From Camelus dromedarius (lineage: Eukaryota): 64,000 nt of DNA. The notes below the pieces were generated by a model. It made no database searches. It was not told the DNA's origin and saw only the letters and a program-made list of their open reading frames with translations. Both the position numbers and the translations under genes were made by a program. The DNA lies in assembly GCF_036321535.1 (NCBI RefSeq), contig NC_087461.1, positions 21,142,001 to 21,206,000 on the forward strand. The letters are read 5' to 3'. Below are positions 43,285-56,600 of the stretch, piece by piece (position 1 is the first letter of the stretch; each line of letters starts with the position of its first letter).

Positions 43285-43870
43285 TGTGTTGGAAACATGT
43301 AAGCTGAGGGATGAAACCTGGCATCTACTCTCTTAGACTCTGTGTCTGTGGCCTGTGAATTAAACAGACAAAACACAGATTCGCAGGAGGAAAAGTTCAC
43401 AAATTTTATCGATGTTAATATTTCCAATTTTATGAGTATGGGGGCTCCACAGAGCAGCAGGGAACCCCTAAAGAAGCGCTTAGCCTCGGAAGCAGCTGGA
43501 CCATTTTAGCAAAGGATGATACAGGGTGTAGCGGCGATTAGACAAAGCAAGGGGGTTTGGGCTTCCGGGGCGTGCGCTGTGGGATGGCAGGTACGTGAGG
43601 GCAACTGGTGGCAGAAAAGGTTTCCCATGTGAGGTGTGTTTATGTGGCTGCGTCTCGGTGTCGTCTCTGTCTCTGCTGGTGAGGGTTTTCCTCCCCCAGC
43701 TCTGGGAGAGCGGAGGGGACGCCTCTACCAGGGGGACTGTGTGGCCCGTGTTTAGCCAGAAAGGGGAGGAGAGGCTTCCTCCTGTGTTTGCCGGGTCTCA
43801 GTTACCTTCCGCTCATAATAACCCCAGTGCCAAAGTGGCGTGTTTTGGGGCGATGTGTTCGCCCCAAACA
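43285..43870 (-). mobile_element. ERV1-type solo LTR (MER34/MER39-like)
   Basis: TG...CA ends; terminal gccaaagtggcgtgttttggggcg...ccccaaaca resembles MER34-group LTR ends (from memory); no clear TSD. Confidence 0.6.
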
Positions 43871-43953
43871 CTTACGTGTTTTCCACCACCAAACGACCAG
43901 GGGAATCACAGAGCTCTCTCACTTGGGCGTAGAGCTCATGGCTTCAGCTCATC

Positions 43954-44160
43954 TTTTTTTTTTTTTAACTTTTTTTTTTTTTCCAAATTGAAGTGTCATT
44001 GATTTGCAGTGTTGTGTCGGTTTCTGGTGTGCAGCGTGGCAATCAGTCACACACACACGGACACTCTCTCGTGTGCTTTTCCATTATGACCCATGCTGCA
44101 CAGCAGGGCCTCGTTCATCTGTCTAGTCCGTAGTGTGTGTTTGTATCTCAGAATTTGCAG
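43954..44160 (-). mobile_element. Artiodactyl-type L1 3' end fragment
   Basis: Poly(T) followed by aattgaagtgtcattgatttgcagtgttgtgtcggtttctggtgtgcagc. Confidence 0.7.
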
Positions 44161-44572
44161 CCCTTGGCTATTCTGGGGAAGTGGAGGTTGTCTGTCTGGG
44201 CCCAGAGCTGCCCCAGGAAAGCCCTCCTGGGGGGCGCCCTGCCTGTCTCCCAGCCTGGGGAGAATGTCCTGGCTGCTGAGGGGGGGCCCCTCCCCAGCTG
44301 TCTAGCTGCCTGGAGTGCTGCACGCCCTGGGCTGTAAGTAAAATCTCTGGGTGTCTCTGGAAGCAGGAGAGTAACCACTTTGTGTCCTTGGAACTAGTGG
44401 CTGTTTTGGTCAACAGATTATGATAATGACTTGATTTACAAATGGATGAATGACTGAAGGAGAGAGAGCGGCCCGCTTACACAGTATTGTGCTGCTGTTC
44501 AATTGGCCATAATCCATTCATATTAAAGCCCTTTTTTCTCCCTTTTTCCTTTGTTTTTATTTTTTTAACTAA

Positions 44573-45046
<474 letters not shown>

Positions 45047-46164
45047 TGAAGACAGGGCCGCCCCTTCCTGCTCGAGCCGACACCTCTCCTGGTGGGCAGT
45101 GCTCCGGGAGGGGGAACATGGACACAGTGGCCACCCATTCCCTGCCTTTTCTAGGATGGGTGCCTCCTGCGAGTCCCTCTCGTGGAGGGGGAGAGTTGGA
45201 GTGTTGTCAGAAGTGTAATTCTCCCCACCCCTGCCCTCCCGTCCCCCTTTCTCCTCCACTGGGGGCCTGAGCCCGCCTTCAGCAGTATCTCCTGCCCGAT
45301 GCCGTGGTGGGCTCCCCGCGTGTGCTGCGGTCCGGGATGCGGGAGGAGTCAGGCGGGGATGAGCATCCGTGTCCCAGAGAGTAAAACTGTACCAGGTAGA
45401 GGCGTGCTTTCTTGTACAGCAGGGCGTGTGAAAATTGTGTATGTATTTGTTAATTTATATTAGAACCTGAACAAGTTTTTTCAGAAATCTGTCGTAAAGT
45501 CTGTGCCGTTCTTCTGAACCAGGCTTGGACCAGGGACCTGCTTCTTGAAAGTGTAAAGCTTGTCTGTGTTTTTACTGATGCTCAACTCCCCACGTTTCTA
45601 AATCAGCTCAGGGGAAAGGACCAGCAAACCCTACAAACTGAAAGTTGTATCTAAACTGCTTAGGTGTTTTTCTTGATTTTAAAGTCTGTTTAGTGGTGAA
45701 AGCAAGCTTTTTTGGCTGTGGTTCTGGCTCACCGATCCTCAGATGCAGTCAGATTTGTGGAGAAAAGTTGCGTGTGAGCTCAGTGGGTAATCAGTGGAGA
45801 GGCCACCATTTTTTAAGGTTATTGACCATTGACTTATTTTTGCATTGTTTTTATTTTTGAAATGGAGAATGAGTTAATGGTAATTCACAAATTAATTTCC
45901 ACAACAACAAGGGAGCAGTGTAACCTTAACTGCAAACCTCAGAGTAGAAAACGGGGGAATAAAACATCCACTTTGATGTGGTGAGTGTAAATGCTGACCT
46001 CTGTGCAGGCTGCCGGGTTGGTCTTCTTGAATGATGATTTTCCTGGTTTCCAGATCATTCAGTGCTGTTAACGTCCCACAAACAGCTCTGTGACCAGTTC
46101 TCCCCGGGAGGTTGCAAGACACAGTGTCCATTACTAGGTCTTGTCCCAAAGCTAAATACTACCA

Positions 46165-46290
46165 TGTTCCACAAGATGTTCACTGAGCGTCTTCTGTGTT
46201 CAGGGAACATGCTGGATCCTGGGGATCCAGAGTGAATAAAGCAGGTGGGGCTCTCTCTCATGATGGTCCGCTGGAAGCGGATCACATCCT
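46165..46290 (-). mobile_element. L2 3' end fragment
   Basis: caagatgttcactgagcgtcttctgtgttcaggg...ctggggatccagagtgaataaagcag. Confidence 0.55.
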
Positions 46291-47069
46291 CATCTCTAAA
46301 AGCCAACTAAAATGTCTAGCACCTTCTCAAAGTTTTCTCTCAGAGAAAACCATTGAATGTGATGGGGTGGTGGTGGGGTCTTAAAATGTGAGGTGTGGAC
46401 GAGAGGTCGGCATCCCGGCTCCAGACGAGCTTTGCCCTGTCCCCATACCTACCCCAGCCTGGACTGATCTGGTTCCCTGTCGCCCTGGGAAACGCCTGGA
46501 GTTAGGGTTCCCGGCTGTGTCTGGGCCTCTCGTTCACTTCTGCGTGTGCGTTTGTGTGAATGAAAAGGATTTGAGTAAGGGAACAGCCGTAGCAGGCAGT
46601 GATAGGCTTAATATTCAAATCTCCTGATGGTGTCATGTTCATACACTGCTGGTTATTACTGTTCTCAGGGTGGAGTCAGCTCATAAAGCAATTACATCAA
46701 ACCAGCCTTACCACGAGCGCTGTGCTTTCTTAGTAATACTCGTGAAAAGCCTTTTGTACTGACAGGGTTTAACAAAGAAGTGGCTGAAGACAGAAGTGCT
46801 CAGCTCAGCTTCCCGTAGTCTTCAGACATGATCTTACAGCTGTTGGAGGTATAAATATACATTCCCTTTGGGAAACCGTCTCCCTGAATTACCGGGAGAG
46901 GTGTGTGAATTATGTTACTGTAAATATTGACATAAGTGCAGGGCGTCTTGTCATGAATGGACCTCGGTCCCAAATAATGTGCCAACTTCTCCCCTCCTGG
47001 GTCTGTCCCTCAGCCGCACGGTCCAGCCTTTGACGGTATCACGCAATTATATTTCACTAACTCATCTTT

Positions 47070-47217
47070 TTTATTTATTTTCTTTAAAAATTTTTCAGCA
47101 GGGAGGTAGGCAGTTAGGTTCATTTTTATTTATTTATCTAATGGAGGTACTGGGGATTGAACCCAGACTTCATGCATGCTAAGCACGCACTCCACCACTG
47201 AGCTCTGCCCTCCCCAC
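47070..47217 (-). mobile_element. tRNA-derived SINE (camelid vic-1-like)
   Basis: ggggattgaacccag B-box and A/T-rich tail; 15-bp TSD cactaactcatcttt (47055-47069) / cactgactcatcttt (47218-47232). Confidence 0.9.
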
Positions 47218-48062
47218 CACTGACTCATCTTTACATGAAGGGTTTGCATACTTAATTTCAAGCCAGAGAAGATGATACTTTGCAAAAGAACACCTTCTGT
47301 GCTCTGTCACATTTTGCCCCTTATACGTGGGAAGTGCTGTATGTCATTGTAATGTTTTCTTTAAAACCTGGCAGCTCTGTGCACCAGGCCCGCCCTCCCC
47401 GCCCTCCCTGTCCCCGCCCCCAGGGGGCACATTCGGGACGTTCCCTGGGAGGCTATTCTCAGTGTTGTCCGCTCCACCTCTCAGGGCTCCGTGAAGGCTG
47501 CTGGTCGTGCATCCTCTCCTGCTGCTCTCTGTTTCGTCTCCTCCTTCCCTTGGGCCTCCTGCCTCCCCCACAGTCACTCTTTCCCACCTGTGCTTTTATT
47601 GGCTCGTGTTCCTCGAGGAGTCTCCTGGGCTATGTCTCCTGCACACGCTCCTGGGAGATCTTCATCCCTGGTCCGTGTGCTATGCTGCATCCCGGGGTCC
47701 TGACTCCAGCCTGGGGCCCTGTTCTGCCTCCAGATCCCTCTGTCTAGCTGCCTGCAGAGATGCCCAGGTATGCCCACTGGCCTGGCTCTCAGGGACCTGT
47801 GCTTCCTCCTCCAAAACCTGTTCTTCCTTGAGTAACTTGTCCACGCTTGGGCGCCTCCTCCACCCAGAAATAGAACCGCAGTTTCTTCTGTTGCGGAGGC
47901 CAGACATCGGGGGTGGCCCTGACCTCTCAGGTGCCTTTACTGTCTCTGCAGCCGCCTCCTCTCCTCCTCTCTCCTCCGGCGCCTGCTGTTGCCTGTATTC
48001 GGGCCCTGTCATCTCCCTGAGCTCCCTGATGTGGCCCCTGAAGGATTTCTGTCTCAGCCTCT

Positions 48063-48438
48063 TGTTGCAGCAAAGTGTGTTAGAGCTCAGTGTTACAGCT
48101 CAGTGGTGACAGCAACCTGGATCCCGGCGAGAGACCAAGCAGCACTCTGAGAGTTGGAGAACCCAGTGAGCCCAGAGGTGTTAACATGCCAAGCTTTGGA
48201 CCCCATCTGTAGGTTTACACAGGCTTTTATAGGCTATCAGTCTAGACTTTGCAACATTTTGTAATATCATATGCAAATAAGGTATAACAGAGGTGACTAA
48301 TTAGGAACAAGCTTTGTAGAAATGGACCAATCAAGAGGGAGAGAAATGGACCAATCGGGAGTGAAAGAAAGAACCAATCAGGAGTGAGCTCAGGGAACCA
48401 ATAGAATCTTAGGGGTAAGTTCCACTTTGCTAGAAACA
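48063..48438 (-). mobile_element. ERV1-type LTR-like element with a CCAAT array (right boundary uncertain)
   Basis: TG/CA ends with imperfect inverted repeat tgttgcagcaaagtg / cactttgctagaaaca; four CCAAT boxes, octamer, TATAAAA on the - strand, gctgtaacac-type U5 motif on the - strand. Confidence 0.62.
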
Positions 48439-49624
48439 AGCTGTTTAAGAGTTAAAAAGCGAGATAGAGCCTCTGAGCCGGGGAACCGGGTGGTGCTGGC
48501 AGGAGAGTAGTGGCCCTGCCTGGGGGTCCTGCTGTCTTTTTCATGTGGCTTCCCACCTACTCTCACCAGCAGAAGGCCCCTCTTTCCACGAGACATACTG
48601 CCGAATTCTGTCCCCTCCAGCATGGGTGCCAGTCTCCATCTCGTGGCCCCCAGCACGTGCCCGGCCCTGTGCCAGCTCTGCGCTGGCTTCTTGGCCTGAT
48701 CTGGAATTTCTCAGGTGTCTGATGCTGCCTTTCACCTCCAGGTTTTCTGTGGGTCTATTCTGCTCCTTGGCCTGGAAAAGACAGCCTTGGGTTTTTAGTT
48801 CTCTCCCCATGCATTTCCATGGCCCCGGGTACCTACCCCGACGCAGCAGCCGTCCCGTCATCATGGTTTCTCTTTGGTTTTCTGTGAATTCTGAGCCTCC
48901 CGGGCCCAGTCCATCTGCCGTGTTCTGGCTCCCCATCACTGGTCCAGCCCAGGGCTGACGGCTAAACGTGCACTGAAGGGTGAGGGAATCAGTCCCCGAG
49001 AGTCCAGAGTCGGGCATTTTTAGGGGGGGAAAAAAAAACTTAGTTACTGTTAGACCCTGAGGTTCTGACAAGACAGGATAACAAAATGATTCCGGATTTC
49101 CTGTGCTTTCCTTAGATTGAATGCTCTCACTTAAGAATTTGAAAACATTCTGTGAACAGTAATTGTTTCTTTAAAAAGAGAAGAGGTGGCTTCCCGTTGT
49201 CCCGTGCTCCTGAGGGCGGGTGAACTTCAGGGCTGCTTCTCCACGGGAAGGAGCTCACAAAGCACGGGGCAGAAACATGGGGCTCGTCGCAAAGGACGAG
49301 CTTGTTGAGGCCTTTGGAGGAGAGTGAACACCTGATGCCCCTCCTTGCTTGTGGAAAGCAACCTGTGTATGAGAATGACGTTGATCTTAAGTGTCCAAGG
49401 AAGTGAGTGTTTGCAGGAATGACTCAGTGTTTCCAGTCATCTTGCTGGGGCCTGTCTTCGCACCAGGAGGGAACAGACCAGACCAGTTTTGTCTTAGATC
49501 CCACGCTGAGGACTTTAGTCGCCAAGGGCTGCTTTAAAATGGGTTCTCTGTCTGGGTCTCATCCTGTTAGAATTAGACAGCGACCTTGGAACAGAAAGGG
49601 GCCCGAGGTGCCACGTGTGTTTCC

Positions 49625-49715
49625 TTTATCTTATGAGTGAAGATACAGATGCAGAGAGGTCAGATGATCTGCTTAATGGCTGCGAGGCCAAGGGAGCACG
49701 GAGTAACTTAGAAGC
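49625..49715 (-). mobile_element. MIR-like fragment
   Basis: gaagatacagatgcagagaggtcagatgatctgc...agaagccagg. Confidence 0.4.
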
Positions 49716-50149
49716 CAGGTGTCACCCCTCTTGTGCCGAGAGTGGGTCTCAGTGACCGTGCTGTCCACACCGTGCCTGTCTGGGACGTGCACGCAGCGAC
49801 CCGTGAGCCTTGGCACCCGGCAGGCTGTTACCTCTTGGGTCCACCCGTCCAGGCTCCTCTCCCCCTGGTCCTTCTGTCAGCCCCGTGGGGACGTGAAGGA
49901 CACCAGCTGTGGTTCTGCATGAAAACAGAGCGTGGAGCCGGACCCTGGAAGTGCGGCCACTCTTCCCCGAAGCTCGGCCCCATCCTTCTGTTCCTGGTTC
50001 TGTGTCTCCTGGTCCTGGGGTGGTAGGACTTTCTACCACGTGTGACCGTGGTCCAGGTCCGATGGCGCTGTACCTTCCTTCCACGTGGCCTCGTGGGCGT
50101 AAGACCCCTAAATGGTTTTAAGGAAAATCTGAGTCATTAGCTCAGAAAT

Positions 50150-50225
50150 GAATTTATTCATCCAATTATTCACCCAGTGCCTGCTCTGTGCCAGGAACTG
50201 GGGCTAAAATAGAACAAGCTTATAA
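50150..50225 (-). mobile_element. L2 3' end fragment
   Basis: ttattcatccaattattcacccagtgcctgctctgtgccaggaactgggg. Confidence 0.55.
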
Positions 50226-52195
50226 AGACTGAAATGCCAAGTAATAAGATCATGCCAGTGACTAACCAGGGCCCAGTTTAAAGCCCGCTGCAGGGTGTTA
50301 GGGCCGTGTCCACACCCGCCCACCTGCGTTCGTAGTCAGGGCGGTGGGATGTGTTTCCTTTACATGGAAGACATGATTTGACCCTCGAACGCACACTTAA
50401 AACAACATGATTTTACTGAGCCCCACAGGTATTATATTCATTTTAAAAAAGAAACCAACATCTTCCCTTTTCTCGGGAAGACTGGGCCAAGTGTGTAACA
50501 ATCTGAAGCAGACTCGCTGGACCGTACCCGGTTTTCTGTTGTTAAAGAGCTCGTCTCATTTTCTGTTTATACAAGAAGATACGATCATTTGAATTTTTTT
50601 TTTGAGAGTGTGTGATATTTATATTGTTTATAGGTGTGGGGAAATTTCCCCATTTTTATACCTTTATAAATGGAGTTCTGATAAATATTGATCAGCGTGG
50701 GTCTTTATTATTCACTGAGCTTATGGTTTTGTGAGGCTAGTGACCACAGTGACGTAAGAGGCCCGGTCGGGGTACAGGGCGTCGTCAGCCTGCGCTGCAC
50801 ACCCCGTTACTTTGGGAGGAGACGGTCTTGCTTCGTGCTGCCCCCCGCCCCCCAGGGTGAGCTGTCCAGCTGCAGCCCGGGGCTGGTTTTTCTCGGTAGG
50901 TGGGAGGGCTTTCGCATCTTCCTGGGGATGGAAGTGAGGGGCTTCAATGCAGCTGCCTCTCCTGGGGACAGGGGTACATTGGCTTGAAGACCATTTTTGC
51001 AGTTGAAACAACAAAGCAAAAATTGCAGTTCCTTTATTTCAGTGCCTTCCTCTAATTAAGCTTAATTTGAGAAGGTTTTTCTACAAGGGCCTGGGAGCAG
51101 CCCAGGTTGCAGGAAGGCTTGGCAGTGCTTCCAGGACCACCCTCCTGGGAACGACCACTGCCCCACTCCCATGCCATGCAGACCTCTTTCTTAAACTCGT
51201 TTGCTTGCAACAAAAAACATCATCAAAAGATTTAAAACAAAACTGTGTACTCCAGTCAGTTTTTTTTTTTTTTAAGAAATTGAAAGACATTGTGTCGTCT
51301 GTTAAATATTTATGTCGGTGGACACTGATGTCTTCATTTAAATCCGTCTTTTGAGATGCAGATCAGACATGGTTGGGGAGGCACGGACTCTTTCCCATCA
51401 CAGTGTCCCAGCGCGAGGGCCCCAGTGAGCAGGCCTCTTCCTGTTCTGCCCCAGAAAGCCTGCATGTGCTGTTTTTTAAATGGAATTTTTATTTGACTTT
51501 ATAAAATTCTAAAGTAGCCTCTTGGGATAGTTAGGGATTTCTCATAAGGGGGCTTTATAAAGGCTTTACCATCTAGAAAATTGTGGAGTTACAGGGTTCA
51601 ATTAAATGTATCTGCTAAGCAGACTTGAGGATGTGCTGTCTGTCTCATGATGACATGAATTACCGTGCGGCAGGCGGCCAGGCCTTGCCGAGCAGGTCTC
51701 TTCACCGTGTGTGTGTGCTGGCTAAACCTCAGGTGTGCCTGTTCCTGAAGGTGCGGGGCTTCTGCTGGGTTGGTTTTGTTTTTACCTCCCCAAAGTACCT
51801 CGGAACTCAGGCTCAGTATTCTTTCAGAAAATGTTCTGGTATCTTTTATTTTTAACATCGGAGACCTTGAATATTTAATTTACTTTTCAGTGAAGATGTC
51901 AGTTGTAATCTGCAATTAAAAAAAAAACTAATAAAACAAATCCTCATTTCACAATTTAAGCCTTATTGAGTCTTAACTCAGTCCCGCAGCCGGACGTGCC
52001 TCCAATTGTAATTGTGTTGACCCTTCCGAGCCTTGAGCCTCCCCCGTGCTTATCACCCTAGGTGCGATAAGACTACGATTCGGAACTTCATTAAATATCT
52101 CATTTATATTAAACAGATGGTAGCTTCTAAGAGAAATGATAATTTGTTCCGAACAGGAGCCACAGCTGTGGTTGCATCTGTTTGGAGCGTACAGC

Positions 52196-52548
52196 TCCCC
52201 CCACGGCTCCCTCCCTCCCTACGTGGTTCCCTCCCCACCAATGGTCCCCTCCCTCTCTGTGTGGTCCCTCAGCCCAGCCCCCCCACAGTCCTCTCCCTCC
52301 CTACGTGGTCCCCTCCCCCCCACAGTCCCTTCCCTCCCCACATGGTCCCCCAGCCCCCTCCCCCCCACGGTCACCCCCCAAGATCCCCTCTCTGTGCATC
52401 CCCCTCCCCCATGTCCCCTCCCTCCCAAAGTGTTCCCCCAGCCCCACCCCCATGCCCCCCCACGGCCCCCTTCCTCCCACGGTCCCCTCCCTCCCTGTGC
52501 AGCCCCCCCATGGTCCCCTCCCCCTCGTGTTGACCCCCACCCCCTGGC
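52196..52548 (+). repeat. C-rich low-complexity imperfect tandem repeat (ccccacggtcccctccctccc-like units)
   Basis: ~350 bp of C tracts; G-tract-rich on the - strand. Confidence 0.9.
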
Positions 52549-53262
52549 CGCGGCCAGCTCCAGAGCCTTGGTGGGGTTGACCTCGGAGCCCACATTCAGA
52601 GGCTCTGTGTGTTTGTTTCTCCTTGAAGCAGGTTTGTTTCGAGGCCTTAACTAGCACAGAGTTCGCCTTCCTCGGAGTGTTTTTATGATGTCGATGACTT
52701 ACAGGGTGCACCTGTTTTAAGGGAGGCCACACAGTCTTCATTCTCAGAGGCAGGAGTTGCCATGTATGCTGTCTCACCTGGTAGGTGGTTCATGTTTGTG
52801 GGGCAGGCACCGTCGCCTCCTTCACCGGAATATTTGGTCTTTGTGCTGTCGGTTTGCTGAGGATGGTCTTGTGTGGAGGGTCAGTGAGATGGTGAGGGGG
52901 CCTTTTAATTACAGCATCAGAAATTGAGGCTCAGCGTGTTGTTCAAGCAGCCGAGCTGACAAGTGGTCTTGGGCATCAGAGGGCAGGTGGTCGTTCGGCT
53001 AGCACGACCCCGGGCTGTGCTGGCTGTCAGGTGTGTCGCACACCCCGAGTGTAACACGTAGAGTGCAGTCCCGGCTCCGTTCTGCTGGTGGTTAAGCTCA
53101 CGTTTCCCAGAGCAGCATCTCGGAAAGGATTCTGAATTAGACCATAACTTAAATTGACTTCAACCAGTACTAACAGTCAAGCTGGAAAAATAAGCAACAA
53201 GACACGGTTTGGGAAAAAAAGGCTTTAACATACATATTTTTTCTCCAGTGGCTGGAATCTGA

Positions 53263-53673
<411 letters not shown>

Positions 53674-56600
53674 TAATGTGGTATGAATGTGAAGGAGGCC
53701 CGTACTTCCAGGAGGAACAGGAGCAGCTTCCTTACGATCACTCAGGAAGTGTTAACACCAAGAAAGTAAATCAAAACATTGATTTGGTTAAGTGAGTTTC
53801 AGATCCTGTAAGGTGTGGGAAGAAGAAAGAAAAGGTGGGGGAGCTCACATGGAGATGTTGTCCAGTGATCAAGATGTGCTCAGCGTGTTTGAGATGATGA
53901 GTGAAGCTGTGGTTTAACGAAAGGAAAAAATCAAAACATAGTGGCTTATGGCAAGAAGGATTCAAAAGTTGCGTATTCACTGTAGCACCGTTTGCAGGGA
54001 GAGGAAAACATCCGTGTACACGTATGTGCGTGCGTGTGAAATAGTCACACTCTGTGCTTTGTACTTACTAGGATGTGGCCATCTTTTAATCGCATCTCTG
54101 CGTCTTCAAGGCCTCTGTGTGTCTGTGCGCCCTTTGTGTGGGTGCCACCCGCACTGTCCGTGTGGCCCCCTGCAGCCGCTCGGCCTTCTGCCGGCAGGTC
54201 CCCTTGGGGAAGACTTGCTTTGCACCAGCATGGTCAGGGTTACCGAGTTGCTCATCTGGGGGCTAGCCTGTGAGAGTTCTCAAATTTAAAATGTAAGAAG
54301 CTGTTTTGATTGATGTAGCCCGTGACGCAAAACACTTTCATTGCCGGTACATTTTGCAAGCCCCTAATATAAAGTACAGCATGACGTTTAACTCCATTTT
54401 GAGCACGTTTAATGGAGATTTAATACAATTCAGGTCTGCATTATGAAGCCTCATTGGAGCAGCAGTGTGTTTCCTTCATCGGGGTGTTTATGGAAGCCTG
54501 TTGTTGGCAAGATGTTGTGTATGTACTTTGGCTGCAGGTAGAACGAGGGGCGAGAAGCCTGCCTTTAAAGAACTTTCAACCAGAAAATAGGAAAAACACA
54601 TGAGTGTGACTGGTAGAATTTTCTGTTGTTCATCCTTTAATCTGTCTAGCTTTCTTATCTGTTAAAAAAAAAAAAAAGAAAAATTTTGCTGAATTCCCAG
54701 TTTCTTCTTCTGTCATACGTAGAATGAAGACATGCCAGCTCTGGTTGGGTTTTGCCAGCCTGCTTTGCTCTGCCTGCTTGGCACAGCCCCATGTAGGGGA
54801 AGGACGGCAAAGACATGGTCCCCGTCAGGTGACAGGCATCGCTCGTAGCGTGTCGCATTGACCTTCATGGGCTGATGGTCACCATCTCCCCTGCTGTTGG
54901 GTTTTCCACTCTTTCCGGGTTGGGTGTGAACGTTTACCACGGTTAAGGACTTTTTCATTGGTGAAAATTCAGACCCCTTGCGAGAGGGAGAGCGCACCTG
55001 CGCCCCGGGCCTGTGCAAACAGTGATTCGCTGTGATCTCCCCTCTGTTATAGGGACGTAGGACTTGCCATTACTGAATCAGACCCGTGGCCCGCCAGCTC
55101 CTGTCACCGGCGCCCTGCCTCCAATCCCTGACGCTTCCGAGGAAGGCGAAAAGCTAAAACTAGAAAACCAGCCCCAGACCCCACATTCACCTAGTGACCT
55201 TTGGAAACGCTGTGCATCTGGGTTGAGGATTCCTCCTTCTTCTTCAGTCCGTTGCCCCTGCTTTGTCAGTGGCGGCCTCATTCGCCCTCTTCCGTTCACG
55301 CTGTAGTGGGCGTGGTTTTCCCTTTCCCCGCTCGAGACGTGACGGTCCCTAACATTCCAGATGCTTTCCCAGGCCAGCAGCCTCCCTCCCTGCTCCCTGC
55401 TGTGTGATGAGCTGCGTGGGCCCCTTTGGGCTGGGGTGACGGTCCCCTTGCTCTTTGATGGTCGGCCAGATCAATAGTGAATGGTTTGGGTATTTTCTTA
55501 AGACAGTTTTTCACATGTTGTGCTGGAAACTAGGGGTCCTGTCTCGTTTTACCCTGAGAAATGTATGTGCTTAATTTGATTTATCTTGAGTTTTACAGCT
55601 TTGAGAATTCCTCAGCCTCTGTGAGTCCAGGTTTCAGTGTCACTGGCCCCAAGACACCAACACTTTTGTAAAGCCATTTCCTTAGAAGTCCTGCAAAAGA
55701 TGGTACCTGGTACCAAATACCAAAAGAGGGTACTGAGTAGAAGAAATTGGAGCGCTGCGTTTCAGTTATCCTTAACCAAGAGCAGCGGTGTGTACCGAGG
55801 AGTGCGGTGTCCGGGCGCACGGATGCTGCTCAGGCAGGCCCTGGGCGGTCAGGGGCTGTCTCCCGTACCTCCAGGGTAACTCCGGTGCAGACACCGGTGG
55901 AGGTGGTGGCATTTGTGTGACCTGCTATGATTCAGGTAGAATTTTGTCCTGAAATTCCAGCTGACTACATTAAGAAATTACAAATCTTATGGGGACAGGG
56001 TGGCTTTTCACGTGGAATATTCCTTCTTTGGGACTCTAGACCCAAAAGGAGCTTTGAGGCTTCCTGACTCATTTCTGTGGGAACACATCCCAGGGGAGTA
56101 GATTCCAAAAAATAGACCGAAATGGAAGAGCTGTTGAGTTGGAAGGACGTCAGCCACGTGTTCCCACTAAACAGATAAAAGAGCTGAGTCCCAAGAGCCC
56201 TGGTGACTTGTGTTCTGTTTTGTTCGTGGCTGTTTGCTGTTTCTAAAAGCAGCTCCCTGGGGGCCGCTGGCAGCACACCACGAGTGCTGGTGACACTCAT
56301 TCTTCATTAACACCAGTTTTTAAGGACCCACATTTTTAACCGACTGGCATTAGATAGTCTGCAGGATCAGTCCCACTCTGGTAACCACTGTGATTTAAAA
56401 TTGAAGTTATCTTTGAAACAGCCTTAGCGGTCAGGTACCCAGGCCGCTTAACCTCTCTTTAGAGGGGGTGAATGGACCAGTGAAAGGAAGTGATGGGGCT
56501 GAAGCCTCAGGCTTGCTGTGTTTTGGAGCCACAATTACCGTGCGCGTTTTTCAGAGTCCGGAGTCCCACGCTGTGTGAACCTGGTCAGTCCACTTAGCTT

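Noticed and set aside
52033-52777. Pro-rich and Gly-rich ORFs (extensin/collagen-like)
   Set aside because: They are artefacts of the C-rich low-complexity tract.
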